A DNA stretch of 64,000 nt from Gammaproteobacteria bacterium (GCA_046080445.1 JBJTUA010000022.1:13170-77169), one strand, 5' to 3'; positions 1-9,181 are shown, counted from the first letter of the stretch. The notes: generated by a model not told the origin, from the sequence alone. Numbers and translations are program-made.

Positions 1-886
1 CGACGTCGGCCGTGAAACCGAGCACGGCGCACGGCAGTCCGCCGGCGATTGCCTTGCCGCAGACCCAAAAATCTCCGCTCAGTTGATGCGTGGCGGCGTA
101 ACCGCCAGGGCCTGACGACAAGGTATGCGTTTCATCGATGATGAGCAGCGTGCCGTGACGCTGACACAGCGACTGCAGACTCGCGAGATAGCCCGGCGCC
201 GGAAGCACCATGCCGATATTGGTCATCACGGGTTCGGCGATGACGGCTGCAATGTCGCCGGCGCCGAGCGCCTCCTCGAGTGCCGCGACGTCGTTGAACT
301 CGATGACCAGGCTCGCCTGCGAGTAATCGAGCGCCGGCCCGATGGCGCCCTCGCGCATGACGGTGCGCCCCGCGCGACGACGAACCATCGTCTCCTCGAC
401 GATACCGTGGTAGCAGCCCTGATAAACGAGAATCTTTGATCGCCGGGTGAGCGCCCGCGCCCAACGCAACGCCGCGCGATTGGCATCGGTGGCGGTCTGC
501 ATGACCTGCCAGAACGGCCAACCGAATCTTTGAGCGAGTTGCTCGCCGACGGCTGCCACGCGCTCATCAGGCAACATGCAGGTGAGGCCGAGCGCCGACT
601 GCCGCGCAAGGGCTGCCGCCACGGCGGGCGGCGAGTGGCCGAACATCGAACCCGTGTCACCGAGACAAAAATCGGTGTAGTGCAGGCCATCGACGTCGGT
701 CAGCGTCACGCCTTCGGCCTGCGCCACAAACAGCGGATGCGGCGTGCCCCAATCGGCCATCCAATGCATCGGCACGCCAGAGAGCCAATGCGCACGCGAG
801 CGCTCAGCCAACTCGCGCGAACGCGGTCGACTCGCAACGAAGGCTGCCCGCTCACTCTCGAGGAGCCGGGACAGCGCGGTGGTCAT
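1..886 (-). CDS. class-III (GSA-aminomutase-like) PLP-dependent aminotransferase; 3' end runs off the window
   Basis: Absent from the ORF track because it is open at the window edge. My reverse translation from ATG 886 reads MTTALSRLLESERAAF...DFCLGDTGSMFGHSPPAV...AAVIAEPVMTNIGMVLP...GTLLIIDETHTLSSGPGGY...WVCGKAIAGGLPCAVLGFTADV. These are blocks typical of class-III aminotransferases. The ATG overlaps the stop of the upstream zinc-ribbon gene (TGATG). Confidence 0.75.
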   Translation of the reverse strand, partial: MTTALSRLLESERAAFVASRPRSRELAERSRAHWLSGVPMHWMADWGTPHPLFVAQAEGVTLTDVDGLHYTDFCLGDTGSMFGHSPPAVAAALARQSALGLTCMLPDERVAAVGEQLAQRFGWPFWQVMQTATDANRAALRWARALTRRSKILVYQGCYHGIVEETMVRRRAGRTVMREGAIGPALDYSQASLVIEFNDVAALEEALGAGDIAAVIAEPVMTNIGMVLPAPGYLASLQSLCQRHGTLLIIDETHTLSSGPGGYAATHQLSGDFWVCGKAIAGGLPCAVLGFTADV

Positions 887-1329
887 CACTTGGCCTTGCG
901 AGGTTTGGCGCGCGAAGGTTTCCCAGCGGCCTTGCTGCGCGTCGATTTATGGCTGCGCGTCGATTTGGCGGACGCCGACTGCGTAGCAGCGGACTTTGAG
1001 CTCTCGCTTTTGGATGCGTCGGCCTTGGCAGCGTCGGCCTTGGCAGCGTCCGCCTTGGGCGCATCCGCCTTCGAACCTTCAGCGTCCTTCGATTCGGACT
1101 TCGGCTTCTCGTCGCCTTCGCCGGCGAGATTGCGTTTGCGGTCCTGGTCCGACTTGAAGTCCGTCTCGTACCAACCGCCGCCCTTCAGCCGGAAGATCGG
1201 CGCAGACACGAGTTTGATGAGCGAGCTCTTGCCGCACTTTTCGCACTTGCGCAGCGGCTTGTCGGAAATTTTTTGCAGGACCTCGGTCTGTGCCCCGCAG
1301 GCCCGGCACTCGTATTCGTAAAACGGCAT
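886..1329 (-). CDS. FmdB-family CxxC_CxxC zinc-ribbon protein with long Lys/Ala/Ser-rich tail
   Basis: 147-aa ORF. N-terminus is MPFYEYECRACGAQTEVLQKISDKPLRKCEKCGKSSLIKLVSAPIFRLKGGGWYETDF, the classic FmdB zinc-ribbon signature. The C-terminal 70 aa are a low-complexity KADAA/KSTRS repeat tail. Confidence 0.85.
   Translation of the reverse strand: MPFYEYECRACGAQTEVLQKISDKPLRKCEKCGKSSLIKLVSAPIFRLKGGGWYETDFKSDQDRKRNLAGEGDEKPKSESKDAEGSKADAPKADAAKADAAKADASKSESSKSAATQSASAKSTRSHKSTRSKAAGKPSRAKPRKAK
1016..1075 (-). repeat. in-frame 4 x 15-bp degenerate tandem repeat (codes KADA(A/P) pentapeptides) in the FmdB tail
   Basis: Plus strand reads gcgtcggccttggca gcgtcggccttggca gcgtccgccttgggc gcatccgccttcgaa. 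A second 2-copy repeat, gctgcgcgtcgattt with 18-bp period, lies at 934-966 and codes STRSHKSTRSK. Confidence 0.85.
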
Positions 1330-1382
1330 GGCGAGAGATTATAACGGCTCGCTGACCCCGCGCTTGGTCGTGCGGCCTTTGC

Positions 1383-3965
1383 TCATGCGGTCTTCCCAAA
1401 CGCCAAGCGACCGTCCTCGCCGACACTCACGTGGATGCGATCGCCCGGCGCATAACGCCCCTGCAACAGCTGCTGCGCCAGCGGATTTTCGATCTGTTGC
1501 TGGATCGCTCGCTTGAGCGGACGAGCCCCATACACCGGATCGAACCCGGCTTCACCGAGCAGATCGCGCGCCCGGTCATCGAGGGCGAGATCGAGCCCGC
1601 GCTCGACGAGGCGCTTGCGCAACTGGCCAAGCTGAATATCGACGATGGAGCGGATCTGCTCCGTGCCAAGCGGATGGAAGACGACGATGTCGTCGATGCG
1701 ATTGACGAACTCGGGTCGGAAGTTCTGCTGCACGATTTCGAGCACGGCCGTCTTCATGCGGACGTAGTTCTTTTCACCGGCGTGTTCCTGGATGACCTGC
1801 GAACCGAGGTTCGAAGTCATGATCACGACAGTGTTGCGGAAATCGACGGTGCGGCCTTGTCCATCGGTTAGGCGTCCGTCATCGAGTACCTGCAGCAACA
1901 CATTGAAGACGTCCGGATGCGCCTTCTCGACTTCGTCGAGCAGGATCACGGCGTAGGGACGACGACGCACGGCCTCGGTGAGATAACCGCCCTCTTCGTA
2001 TCCGACGTAACCCGGAGGCGCGCCGATGAGCCGCGCGACCGAGTGCTTCTCCATGAATTCCGACATATCGATGCGCACCATCGACTCTTCGGTATCGAAG
2101 AGAAACTCGGCGAGCGCCTTGCAAAGCTCGGTCTTGCCAACGCCCGTCGGTCCGAGGAACAGAAACGAACCATTCGGTCGGCGCGGATCCGACAGCCCGG
2201 CGCGCGAGCGTCGAATGGCATTCGAAACGATGCGCACGCCCTCTTCTTGCCCCACGACGCGGCGCGATAGTGCTTCTTCCATGCGCAGGAGTTTTTCTTT
2301 CTCGCCCTCGAGCATTTTGGAGACTGGGATGCCGGTCCACTTGGAGACGACCTCGGCGATTTCTTCGTCCGTGACTTTATTGCGTACGAGCTGCGTCGCT
2401 TTGCCCTCGGCCGCTTGCGCCGCCGCAAGCTTCTTTTCGAGCTCAGGGATACGCCCATATTGCAGCTCGGCCATGCGCGTCAGATCGCTGCGACGTCGCG
2501 CTGCATCGAGTTCGGTGCGCACTTTCTCGAGTTCTTCTTTGATGCCCGAGGCGCCCTGCAGCGTTGCCTTCTCGGCCTTCCAGATTTCTTCGAGGTCGGC
2601 GTACTCGCGCTCGAGTTGCGCGAGATGGTCCTCGAGGGCCGCAAGTCGCTTACGCGTGGCCTCGTCCTTCTCTTTTTGCAGCGCAACCTGCTCGATCTTC
2701 AGCTGGATAATGCGCCGCTCGAGTTTGTCGAGCGCTTCGGGCTTGGAGTCGATCTCCATGCGAATGCGCGCTCCAGCCTCGTCGATCAGGTCAATCGCTT
2801 TATCGGGCAATTGACGGTCCGCGATATACCGATGCGATAGCGTCGCCGCCGCAACGATGGCCGGGTCGGTGATGTCGACGCCATGGTGCACTTCGTAGCG
2901 CTCTTGCAGACCACGCAGGATGGCGATGGTGTCTTCGACCGAAGGCTCATCGACCAACACCTTCTGGAACCGTCGCTCGAGGGCCGCGTCCTTCTCGATG
3001 TACTTGCGATATTCGTCGAGCGTGGTGGCGCCTACGCAATGCAGTTCGCCGCGCGCAAGCGCAGGCTTCAGCATGTTGCCGGCGTCCATGGCGCCCTCGG
3101 CTTTGCCGGCGCCGACCATGGTGTGCAGCTCATCAATGAAAAGAATGACCTGCCCTTCCTGCTTGGCCAAATCATTGAGTACACCTTTAAGACGTTCTTC
3201 GAACTCGCCGCGAAATTTGGCACCCGCAATGAGTGCGCCCATGTCGAGCGCCAGAATGCGCTTGTTGCGCAGGCTCTCGGGCACCTCGCCGTTGATGATG
3301 CGCTGCGCAAGACCTTCGACGATCGCGGTCTTACCCACGCCCGGCTCACCGATGAGCACCGGATTATTTTTGGTGCGACGCTGCAGCACCTGGATGGTGC
3401 GCCGAATCTCGTCGTCGCGACCGATCACCGGATCGAGCTTGCCGTCACTCGCACGCTTGGTGAGATCGATGGTGAATTTCTCAAGTGCCTGCCGGCCTTC
3501 TTCGGCATTCGGGTCCTGCACTTTCTCGCCGCCACGAATTTCGTCGATCGCTTTCTCGATTGCCGCCTTCGAAAAACCAGCGTCCTTCAAAAGTCGAGCG
3601 AGCAGCGCGCGATCTTCGAAGGCCGCGAGTACGAAGAGCTCACTCGAGATGAACTGATCGCCTCTGCCCTGCGCCAGTTTGTCAGTAACGTTGAGCAGTC
3701 GCTGCAGATCGTTCGAGATATGGATCTCGCCCGGTGTGCCTTCCACCTTGGGCAGGCGATCGAGGGCGGCCAGCAAATCGCCACGCAGGCGCTGGGCGTT
3801 GCCACCCGCCTTGGCGAGCAAGGGCCGTACGGTACCGCCCTGCTGGTCGAGCAGCGCGAGCATTACGTGCGCGGGTTCAATGATTTGGTGATCGCGGCCA
3901 AGCGCGAGCGATTGGGCCTCGCCGAGGCCTTGGCGGAATTTTTCGGTCAGCTTGTCTTGGCGCAT
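1383..3965 (-). CDS. clpB: ATP-dependent disaggregase ClpB
   Basis: 860-aa ORF starting [12 protein letters not shown]. Two AAA+ modules (GEPGVGKT and GPTGVGKT Walker A) flank a long coiled-coil middle domain. Length and order match ClpB. Confidence 0.97.
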   Translation of the reverse strand: MRQDKLTEKFRQGLGEAQSLALGRDHQIIEPAHVMLALLDQQGGTVRPLLAKAGGNAQRLRGDLLAALDRLPKVEGTPGEIHISNDLQRLLNVTDKLAQGRGDQFISSELFVLAAFEDRALLARLLKDAGFSKAAIEKAIDEIRGGEKVQDPNAEEGRQALEKFTIDLTKRASDGKLDPVIGRDDEIRRTIQVLQRRTKNNPVLIGEPGVGKTAIVEGLAQRIINGEVPESLRNKRILALDMGALIAGAKFRGEFEERLKGVLNDLAKQEGQVILFIDELHTMVGAGKAEGAMDAGNMLKPALARGELHCVGATTLDEYRKYIEKDAALERRFQKVLVDEPSVEDTIAILRGLQERYEVHHGVDITDPAIVAAATLSHRYIADRQLPDKAIDLIDEAGARIRMEIDSKPEALDKLERRIIQLKIEQVALQKEKDEATRKRLAALEDHLAQLEREYADLEEIWKAEKATLQGASGIKEELEKVRTELDAARRRSDLTRMAELQYGRIPELEKKLAAAQAAEGKATQLVRNKVTDEEIAEVVSKWTGIPVSKMLEGEKEKLLRMEEALSRRVVGQEEGVRIVSNAIRRSRAGLSDPRRPNGSFLFLGPTGVGKTELCKALAEFLFDTEESMVRIDMSEFMEKHSVARLIGAPPGYVGYEEGGYLTEAVRRRPYAVILLDEVEKAHPDVFNVLLQVLDDGRLTDGQGRTVDFRNTVVIMTSNLGSQVIQEHAGEKNYVRMKTAVLEIVQQNFRPEFVNRIDDIVVFHPLGTEQIRSIVDIQLGQLRKRLVERGLDLALDDRARDLLGEAGFDPVYGARPLKRAIQQQIENPLAQQLLQGRYAPGDRIHVSVGEDGRLAFGKTA

Positions 3966-4004
3966 GAGCGCTGCCCTCGCGTGAGCCGTAACGGATCACC
4001 CTCC

Positions 4005-4034
4005 TAAGTTAGGGCATCGGCAAGGCTTTCAAGG
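4005..4034 (-). promoter_or_regulatory. candidate sigma32 (heat-shock) promoter of clpB
   Basis: Minus strand reads CCCTTGAAA-gccttgccgatg-CCCTAACTT about 40 nt upstream of the clpB ATG. It resembles the CTTGAAA / CCCCATNT heat-shock consensus with appropriate spacing. Confidence 0.5.
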
Positions 4035-4060
4035 GTGCGGCGGGCCGCGATGCCCCCGAA

Positions 4061-4840
4061 TCAGTGCAGCTGCGACTCGGCGAGGATGACGAGTCCGATG
4101 CCCACGCCGATCCAAAACACCTGGAAAGCGCTGGCGCGCAGATCGGTGCGTTTGTGCAGACCGGGGATGAGGTCGGCGACCGCGACGTAGAGCAGGCTCG
4201 CCGCCGCCACCGCGAGCGCGTAGGGCAACAGGGCCATGGCATCGTGCAGCGCGTACCAGCCGACGAGTCCGCCGAGCACGGCCGTGAGACTCGAGAGCAC
4301 GTTCCAGGTCAGCGCGCGCAAGCGGCTGAACCCACCATGCAGCAGTACGGCGAAGTTGCCAACTTCTTGCGGAATTTCGTGGGCCAAGATCGCGAAGGTC
4401 GTCACGACACCGAGATGGAAGTCCGTCAAAAACGCCGCTGCAATCAGCACACCGTCAATGAAATTGTGCAGACCGTCGCCCACCATGGTGAGCCAACCTG
4501 AGGCTTCGCGACGATGGTGCTCGTGCGTGTGCGCTGTCTCCACGGCCTCGGTGTGACAGTGTCGCCACAACAGGAATTTTTCGAGCACAAAGAAAATTGC
4601 GATGCCACAGAGCAGCGCCACGCCCACGCCGTGCACTTTGAAGGGGCCGGCGCCGGACATGGCATGGGGGATGAGCGCGAGCAGCGCTGTGGCCAGCAGC
4701 GTACCGGTGGCAAAGCTCACGCTGTGGGGCAGGATGCGGTCCCGGCGCTCGTTCGGAAGCAACAGGAACACGCCCGCGATCAGGGCCGAGAGCACCCCAC
4801 CGAGCGCGGTGAACAGGAGGATCGCCGGGAGGGTGTCCAT
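4061..4840 (-). CDS. ZIP-family divalent metal (zinc) transporter
   Basis: 259-aa multi-TM ORF with a His-rich loop (HTHEHHRRE) and the ZIP signatures GDGLHNFIDGVLIAAAF and HEIPQEVGNFAVLL. Confidence 0.88.
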   Translation of the reverse strand: MDTLPAILLFTALGGVLSALIAGVFLLLPNERRDRILPHSVSFATGTLLATALLALIPHAMSGAGPFKVHGVGVALLCGIAIFFVLEKFLLWRHCHTEAVETAHTHEHHRREASGWLTMVGDGLHNFIDGVLIAAAFLTDFHLGVVTTFAILAHEIPQEVGNFAVLLHGGFSRLRALTWNVLSSLTAVLGGLVGWYALHDAMALLPYALAVAAASLLYVAVADLIPGLHKRTDLRASAFQVFWIGVGIGLVILAESQLH

Positions 4841-4843
4841 GGA

Positions 4844-4860
4844 GTGTTATATTCTAACAC
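4844..4860. promoter_or_regulatory. Zur-box-like palindrome GTGTTA-TATTC-TAACAC immediately upstream of the ZIP transporter ATG
   Basis: Perfect 6-bp inverted arms seen directly. The TGTTAT/ATAACA half-sites resemble proteobacterial Zur operators. It overlaps a TAGAAT -10-like hexamer on the minus strand (4851-4856). Confidence 0.45.
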
Positions 4861-4864
4861 CATA

Positions 4865-5653
4865 TCAGGGGCACCAGATCAGGGCCGCCATCCGGCCGGT
4901 CCGCTGATCGCGCCGGTGGGAGAAGAACCGGACCGGATCGGCGGCCGTACACCAGTCCCCGCCATCCACCTGAGTCACGCCGATCGCCGCCAGCCGCTGC
5001 CGCGCCAGCGCCGGAAGATCGCATTGCCATCGCCCCTTGGGGTTGCGCTGGAATGCGGCCTCGATGGCGCCCTGAGCCTTGGCATTGATCGGTTGGGGGG
5101 CTAACGACGACTGCGCCGCCAGAAACGCCTCGCGGACCTCGTCACCGACTTCGAAGTGGGCGGGACCGATGGACGGCCCGAGCCAGGCGACCAGCTTGGC
5201 GGCCGGGGTCGCCATGGCGGCAACCGTAGCCTCGAGCACGCCCGCAGCAAGACCGCGCCAGCCGGCATGGGCCGCACCCAACACGCGACCGTCCCGACTC
5301 GAGAAGAGCACGGGCAGACAATCGGCCACCTGGATCGCGAGCACGACGCCGCGCGAGCGCGTGACGAGGGCATCGGCGCGGGGTCGTACGCCCGCAGCGG
5401 GACGCGAGTGTTCGTCGACCTCGAACACGTCGCAGCCGTGCACCTGATCGAGCCACACGGGTTCGGCGGGCAGACGCAGCGCGTTGGCAAGTCGACGTCG
5501 GTTCTCGATCACCGCCGCCGGATCGTCGCCGACGTGAACGCCGAGGTTCAAAGTATCCCAAGGGGGTTCGCTCGCCCCACCGCTACGCAAAGAAAACGCG
5601 GCGCGCACCTGCGCTGGCGCCGCCCAACGTGGTTCGAGGACAGGCACTGTCAT
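4865..5653 (-). CDS. pgeF: peptidoglycan editing factor PgeF (YfiH / DUF152 family)
   Basis: 262 aa with DALVT..., VADCLPVLF and AHAGWRG motifs. It sits between rluD and clpB as in E. coli. Its start overlaps the rluD stop (ATGA). Confidence 0.9.
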   Translation of the reverse strand: MTVPVLEPRWAAPAQVRAAFSLRSGGASEPPWDTLNLGVHVGDDPAAVIENRRRLANALRLPAEPVWLDQVHGCDVFEVDEHSRPAAGVRPRADALVTRSRGVVLAIQVADCLPVLFSSRDGRVLGAAHAGWRGLAAGVLEATVAAMATPAAKLVAWLGPSIGPAHFEVGDEVREAFLAAQSSLAPQPINAKAQGAIEAAFQRNPKGRWQCDLPALARQRLAAIGVTQVDGGDWCTAADPVRFFSHRRDQRTGRMAALIWCP

Positions 5654-6624
5654 GCGCCGCCCTCGGCCGACGTCTCACCCTCGCTCAATATTTTGAGCAG
5701 CTTCGTGAAATCTTTGGGCAGCGGAGACTCGAAACTGACTTCGCGCCCCGTCGTCGGATGCGTAAGCGTCAAACGCGCAGCGTGTAGCGCTTGTCGGCCA
5801 AAAGCGGCCATCGCCTCACGGACCGCCGGCGCAACGCCCGCCGGAATACGGCGCCTGCCGCCATAAACCGGATCGCCGACGACCGGATGACCGATATGCA
5901 CTAAATGCACGCGGATCTGATGCGTACGACCCGTCTCAAGCTGCACCCGCACGAGCGTGTGCGCCCCGAAACGACGCTCGATGCGGTAATGCGTGATGGC
6001 TTCGCGACCGTCGCCGCGTACGGCCATGCGTGTGCGCTGCGTGCGATGCCTGCCGATCGGTTCGTTGATGGTGCCGCCACCGGTCATCACGCCCTGACAG
6101 AGCGCGAGATACTCGCGACCCATGTCGCGCTCGGCGAGCGCCCGAACAAGCGTCGCTTGCGACTCCGGCGTACGCGCGACGACAAGCAACCCCGACGTGT
6201 CTTTGTCGAGTCGGTGCACGATGCCGGCGCGCGGGACTCGGTTGAGCTTCGGGTCGAGTTCGAGCAAGGCGTTTTGTAGCGTGCCGTCTTGGATGCCAGC
6301 ACCCGGATGCACGACGAGACCCGCCGGCTTGTCGATGATGAAAATCGCGGCGTCGCGGTGCACGACACGAAACGGCACCGCCGGCGCGCCGGCGCTCACT
6401 CGGTCGTCGGCGATGAACTCAGCCTCGATCCTTACCTGGGCACCACCGCGAACGGGTTCCCGCCGCGCAGGGACGACGCCCTCGATGCGGACGCGACCCT
6501 CGTCGATCCAGCGTTGCAATCGCGCCCGCGAATACTGCGGCAGCAATTGCGCCAGGGCGACATCGAGTCGCTCGCCCGCAAGGGAATCGGGGAGCGTGAG
6601 TTCGTGAATCTCCGGGGAGGACAT
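5650..6624 (-). CDS. rluD: 23S rRNA pseudouridine synthase RluD
   Basis: S4 domain plus the RluA-family motif HRLDKDTSGLLVVA. I chose ATG 6624 (MSSPEIHELTLPDSLAGERLD...). The 76 upstream codons of the track ORF are R/S/P-rich and overlap bamD. Confidence 0.92.
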   Translation of the reverse strand: MSSPEIHELTLPDSLAGERLDVALAQLLPQYSRARLQRWIDEGRVRIEGVVPARREPVRGGAQVRIEAEFIADDRVSAGAPAVPFRVVHRDAAIFIIDKPAGLVVHPGAGIQDGTLQNALLELDPKLNRVPRAGIVHRLDKDTSGLLVVARTPESQATLVRALAERDMGREYLALCQGVMTGGGTINEPIGRHRTQRTRMAVRGDGREAITHYRIERRFGAHTLVRVQLETGRTHQIRVHLVHIGHPVVGDPVYGGRRRIPAGVAPAVREAMAAFGRQALHAARLTLTHPTTGREVSFESPLPKDFTKLLKILSEGETSAEGGA

Positions 6625-6703
6625 GCGCTCGGATATAATGCCCGTCCCTGACACCCGGAATCCAACAATCCCGATGCGCGAGCCCAACGGCGAATTTTCT
6701 GTG

Positions 6704-7504
6704 ATGAGGTCCTGGCAGCGCCTGCTGCGTACCGGACTCGTGCTCGGCCTGCTGCTCGTGATCGGCGCTTGCGCCTCGGGTCGCGAGGAACTCGACCCCG
6801 CCCGCGGCGGGGCCGCTGTGGTGTACGAGCGGGCGCGCAAGGCGCTCGACAATCAGGACTACGACAACGCCATTCGTCTTTACGAGGCACTCGTCGCGCG
6901 TTATCCGTTCGGCGCCGAAACGCGTCAGGCTCGCCTCGATCTCATCTACGCGTACTACAAAGGTCGCGAGACTGAGTCGGCGCTCGATCAAGCCGACACC
7001 TTCATGCGCGAGAACCCCACTCATCCGCGCCTCGACTACGCCTATTACATCAAAGGTCTCGTCGACTTCGAACGCTCCGCCAATTTATTTGAGCGCTGGT
7101 TCAACGTCGACCTCGACGAGCGTCCGCCGCAGACCGCCCTGCGCGCCTTCAACTCGTTCCGCAAAGTGGTCGAAGACTATCCACGCAGCGAGTATGCGCA
7201 CGATGCGCGTCGTCGCATGATCTTCCTGCGCAATCGCCTCGCCGATTACGAAATCTACGTTGCGCGTCACTACATGGAACGTGGCGCCTGGGTCGGTGCC
7301 GCACGTCGCGCCAAAGAAACCGTCGATCAGTACGACGGTGCGCCTGCCGTGCGCGAGGCGCTCGAAGTGATGATCGAGTGCTACGAGCGTCTTGGCATGA
7401 AAGAGCTGGCCGCGCAGACTCGCGAGCTCTACGCCGCCAACTATGGTGGAGTCGCCGAGAAAGTGGTGCCGATCAAAAAACCCTGGTGGAAACTCTGGGG
7501 CTGA
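6704..7504 (+). CDS. bamD: outer-membrane protein assembly factor BamD (lipoprotein)
   Basis: TPR-like protein (YERARKALDNQDYDNAIRLYEAL...). Lipoprotein signal is MRSWQRLLRTGLVLGLLLVIGAC. It is divergent from rluD as in E. coli. The start at 6704 is inferred from the signal peptide. Confidence 0.9.
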   Translation: MRSWQRLLRTGLVLGLLLVIGACASGREELDPARGGAAVVYERARKALDNQDYDNAIRLYEALVARYPFGAETRQARLDLIYAYYKGRETESALDQADTFMRENPTHPRLDYAYYIKGLVDFERSANLFERWFNVDLDERPPQTALRAFNSFRKVVEDYPRSEYAHDARRRMIFLRNRLADYEIYVARHYMERGAWVGAARRAKETVDQYDGAPAVREALEVMIECYERLGMKELAAQTRELYAANYGGVAEKVVPIKKPWWKLWG

Positions 7505-7541
7505 TGGGCAGGCGTTGCGGCTCGCGCGCCGGGCGCTGACC

Positions 7542-7622
7542 TCAGCGTCGATAGCCGCTCGTAATCGGATAGCGCCAGTCGCGTCCGAACCCTCTACGAC
7601 TCACGCGAACACCCGGCGGCGC
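7542..7622 (-). other. out-of-frame segment encoding the conserved NadE C-terminal tail ([26 protein letters not shown])
   Basis: Manual translation of the minus strand in the frame whose stop is at 7544-7542. The motif follows on from the NEYTRR end of the nadE ORF but in a different frame. Confidence 0.7.
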
Positions 7623-9181
7623 GTGTATTCGTTGCGTTTGACGAGATCGAGCACGCGCCCCACGGTTGCGCGATCGAATCCGCGGGCGACGATCTCATCG
7701 ACAGATAGATCGTGCTCGATGAAGGCCTCGAGGATGGGATCGAGTAACTCGTAGGGCGGCAAAGAGTCGGCATCTTTTTGATCGTGTCGCAGTTCCGCCG
7801 AGGGCGGACGCTCGATCACCTTCACCGGAATCACCGGCGCTTCTCCCGCCGCGAGCGCGATCGCATTGCGATACGCAGCAAGCCGATAGACGATGAGCTT
7901 GCTGCAATCTTTGATAGGCGCGAAGCCGCCCGCCATATCACCATAGAGCGTGGCGTAGCCCACGGCCATCTCGCTCTTGTTGCCCGTCGTCAGCAGCATA
8001 CGTCCGGTCTTGTTGGAAATACCCATCAGCAACTGCATGCGACAGCGCGACTGGATGTTTTCTTCGGTGGCGTCGGGCTCGCGACCGGCGAACTCCTCGC
8101 GCAAGGCCGCGAGCGTCGCATCGAACATGTCTTCGATGGGGATGACAGAATATTTGATGCCGAGACGGATGGCCTGCGCGGCTGCTTCATCGAGACTGAG
8201 TTGCGAGGTATACCGCGACGGCATCATCACGGCCTGCACGCGCTCGGCACCGAGCGCATCGACGGCAATGGCGAGCGTGAGCGCAGAGTCGATACCCCCC
8301 GACAAGCCGAGTACCACGCCCGGAAATCGATGCTTGCCGACATAGTCGCGCACGCCGAGCACGAGCGCCTGATAGATCTCGGCCGCATCGTCCTGCGGTT
8401 CGGTAATTTTGTCGCGTTGGACGGGCACGACGGCGCCTGAAGCGGCGCGCACGAACTCTATGCCGTCCAAAGATTCGACGAACGCCGGCGAGCGATGCAC
8501 GACCTCGCCGTTCGCATCGATGACGACACTTTGTCCATCGAAAACGAGCTCGTCTTGGCCGCCCACGAGATTGACGTAAACCACCGGCAGCGCGTTTTCG
8601 AGGGCGCGCGCTCGGAGCATGGATTCCCGCGAAGCCTGCTTGCCCTGCTCGTACGGCGAGGCATTGGTGACGATCAGCAGCTCTGCGCCTGCTGCGCGAG
8701 CGGCCTTGGCAGGCGCCTCTTGCCAGATGTCCTCGCAAATTAGCACGCCGATCTTGATGCCCCGGTGTTCGAGCACGCAGGGCGCGCCGCCGCGTGCGAA
8801 ATAGCGCTGTTCGTCGAAGACACCGTAATTGGGCAGACAGGCCTTCCGATAGCGCGCCCGCTCGGTGCCGTTCTCGATCCAGGCGACGGTGTTGTAAAGC
8901 CCGTGGTCGGTGTACTCCGGAAAGCCCACCAGCATGGCGACCGAATTCTTTGACTCGATGCAGCGCGTGAGGGTGGCCTCGACCTGCTGACGAAAGCCAC
9001 GATGAAAAAGCAGATCTTCAGGCGGATAGCCAGCGAGCGTGAGCTCGGGAAACACGACGAGATCGGCGCCTGAAGCGCTCGCTTCGGCCGCGGCCTGCAA
9101 CACGCGGGCGGCGTTGCCACCCACATCGCCCACGAGCAGGTTCACCTGCGCGAGGGCGATTCGCAGCGACTCGCTCGTCAA
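7601..9181 (-). CDS. nadE: glutamine-dependent NAD+ synthetase NadE (3' end apparently frameshifted)
   Basis: 526-aa ORF with an N-terminal CN-hydrolase/glutaminase domain ([14 protein letters not shown]..., FPEL, ICED) and a C-terminal NAD synthetase domain with the PP-loop GLSGGIDS. The TTG start overlaps the sucD stop. Confidence 0.9.
   Translation of the reverse strand: MTSESLRIALAQVNLLVGDVGGNAARVLQAAAEASASGADLVVFPELTLAGYPPEDLLFHRGFRQQVEATLTRCIESKNSVAMLVGFPEYTDHGLYNTVAWIENGTERARYRKACLPNYGVFDEQRYFARGGAPCVLEHRGIKIGVLICEDIWQEAPAKAARAAGAELLIVTNASPYEQGKQASRESMLRARALENALPVVYVNLVGGQDELVFDGQSVVIDANGEVVHRSPAFVESLDGIEFVRAASGAVVPVQRDKITEPQDDAAEIYQALVLGVRDYVGKHRFPGVVLGLSGGIDSALTLAIAVDALGAERVQAVMMPSRYTSQLSLDEAAAQAIRLGIKYSVIPIEDMFDATLAALREEFAGREPDATEENIQSRCRMQLLMGISNKTGRMLLTTGNKSEMAVGYATLYGDMAGGFAPIKDCSKLIVYRLAAYRNAIALAAGEAPVIPVKVIERPPSAELRHDQKDADSLPPYELLDPILEAFIEHDLSVDEIVARGFDRATVGRVLDLVKRNEYTRRRVFA

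Noticed and set aside
5650-6852. N-terminal extensions of track ORFs: rluD to 6852, murD to 37630, ddl to 31584, ALDH to 21683, prolyl oligopeptidase to 16727, petB to 51586, petC to 50283, ftsQ to 30458, lptC from 55775, DPP-IV from 16366, and the DUF721 gene from 25571
   Set aside because: In every case an internal ATG or GTG gives the canonical N-terminus, signal peptide or TM segment, and often forms an ATGA/GTGA overlap with the upstream gene. The extension would overlap a neighbouring well-supported gene.
7505-7600. The bamD-nadE gap as a terminator or sRNA locus
   Set aside because: The gap is explained by the out-of-frame nadE tail. The only inverted repeat there (cgctga-cc-tcagcg) has a 2-nt loop and cannot form a stable hairpin.
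7601-7625. Programmed -1 ribosomal frameshifting as the explanation for the split nadE 3' end
   Set aside because: I see no X-XXY-YYZ slippery heptamer at the frame junction (the sequence is acgcgccgccgggtg) and no obvious downstream pseudoknot. An indel, real or a sequencing artefact, in the GC repeat is the more economical reading.
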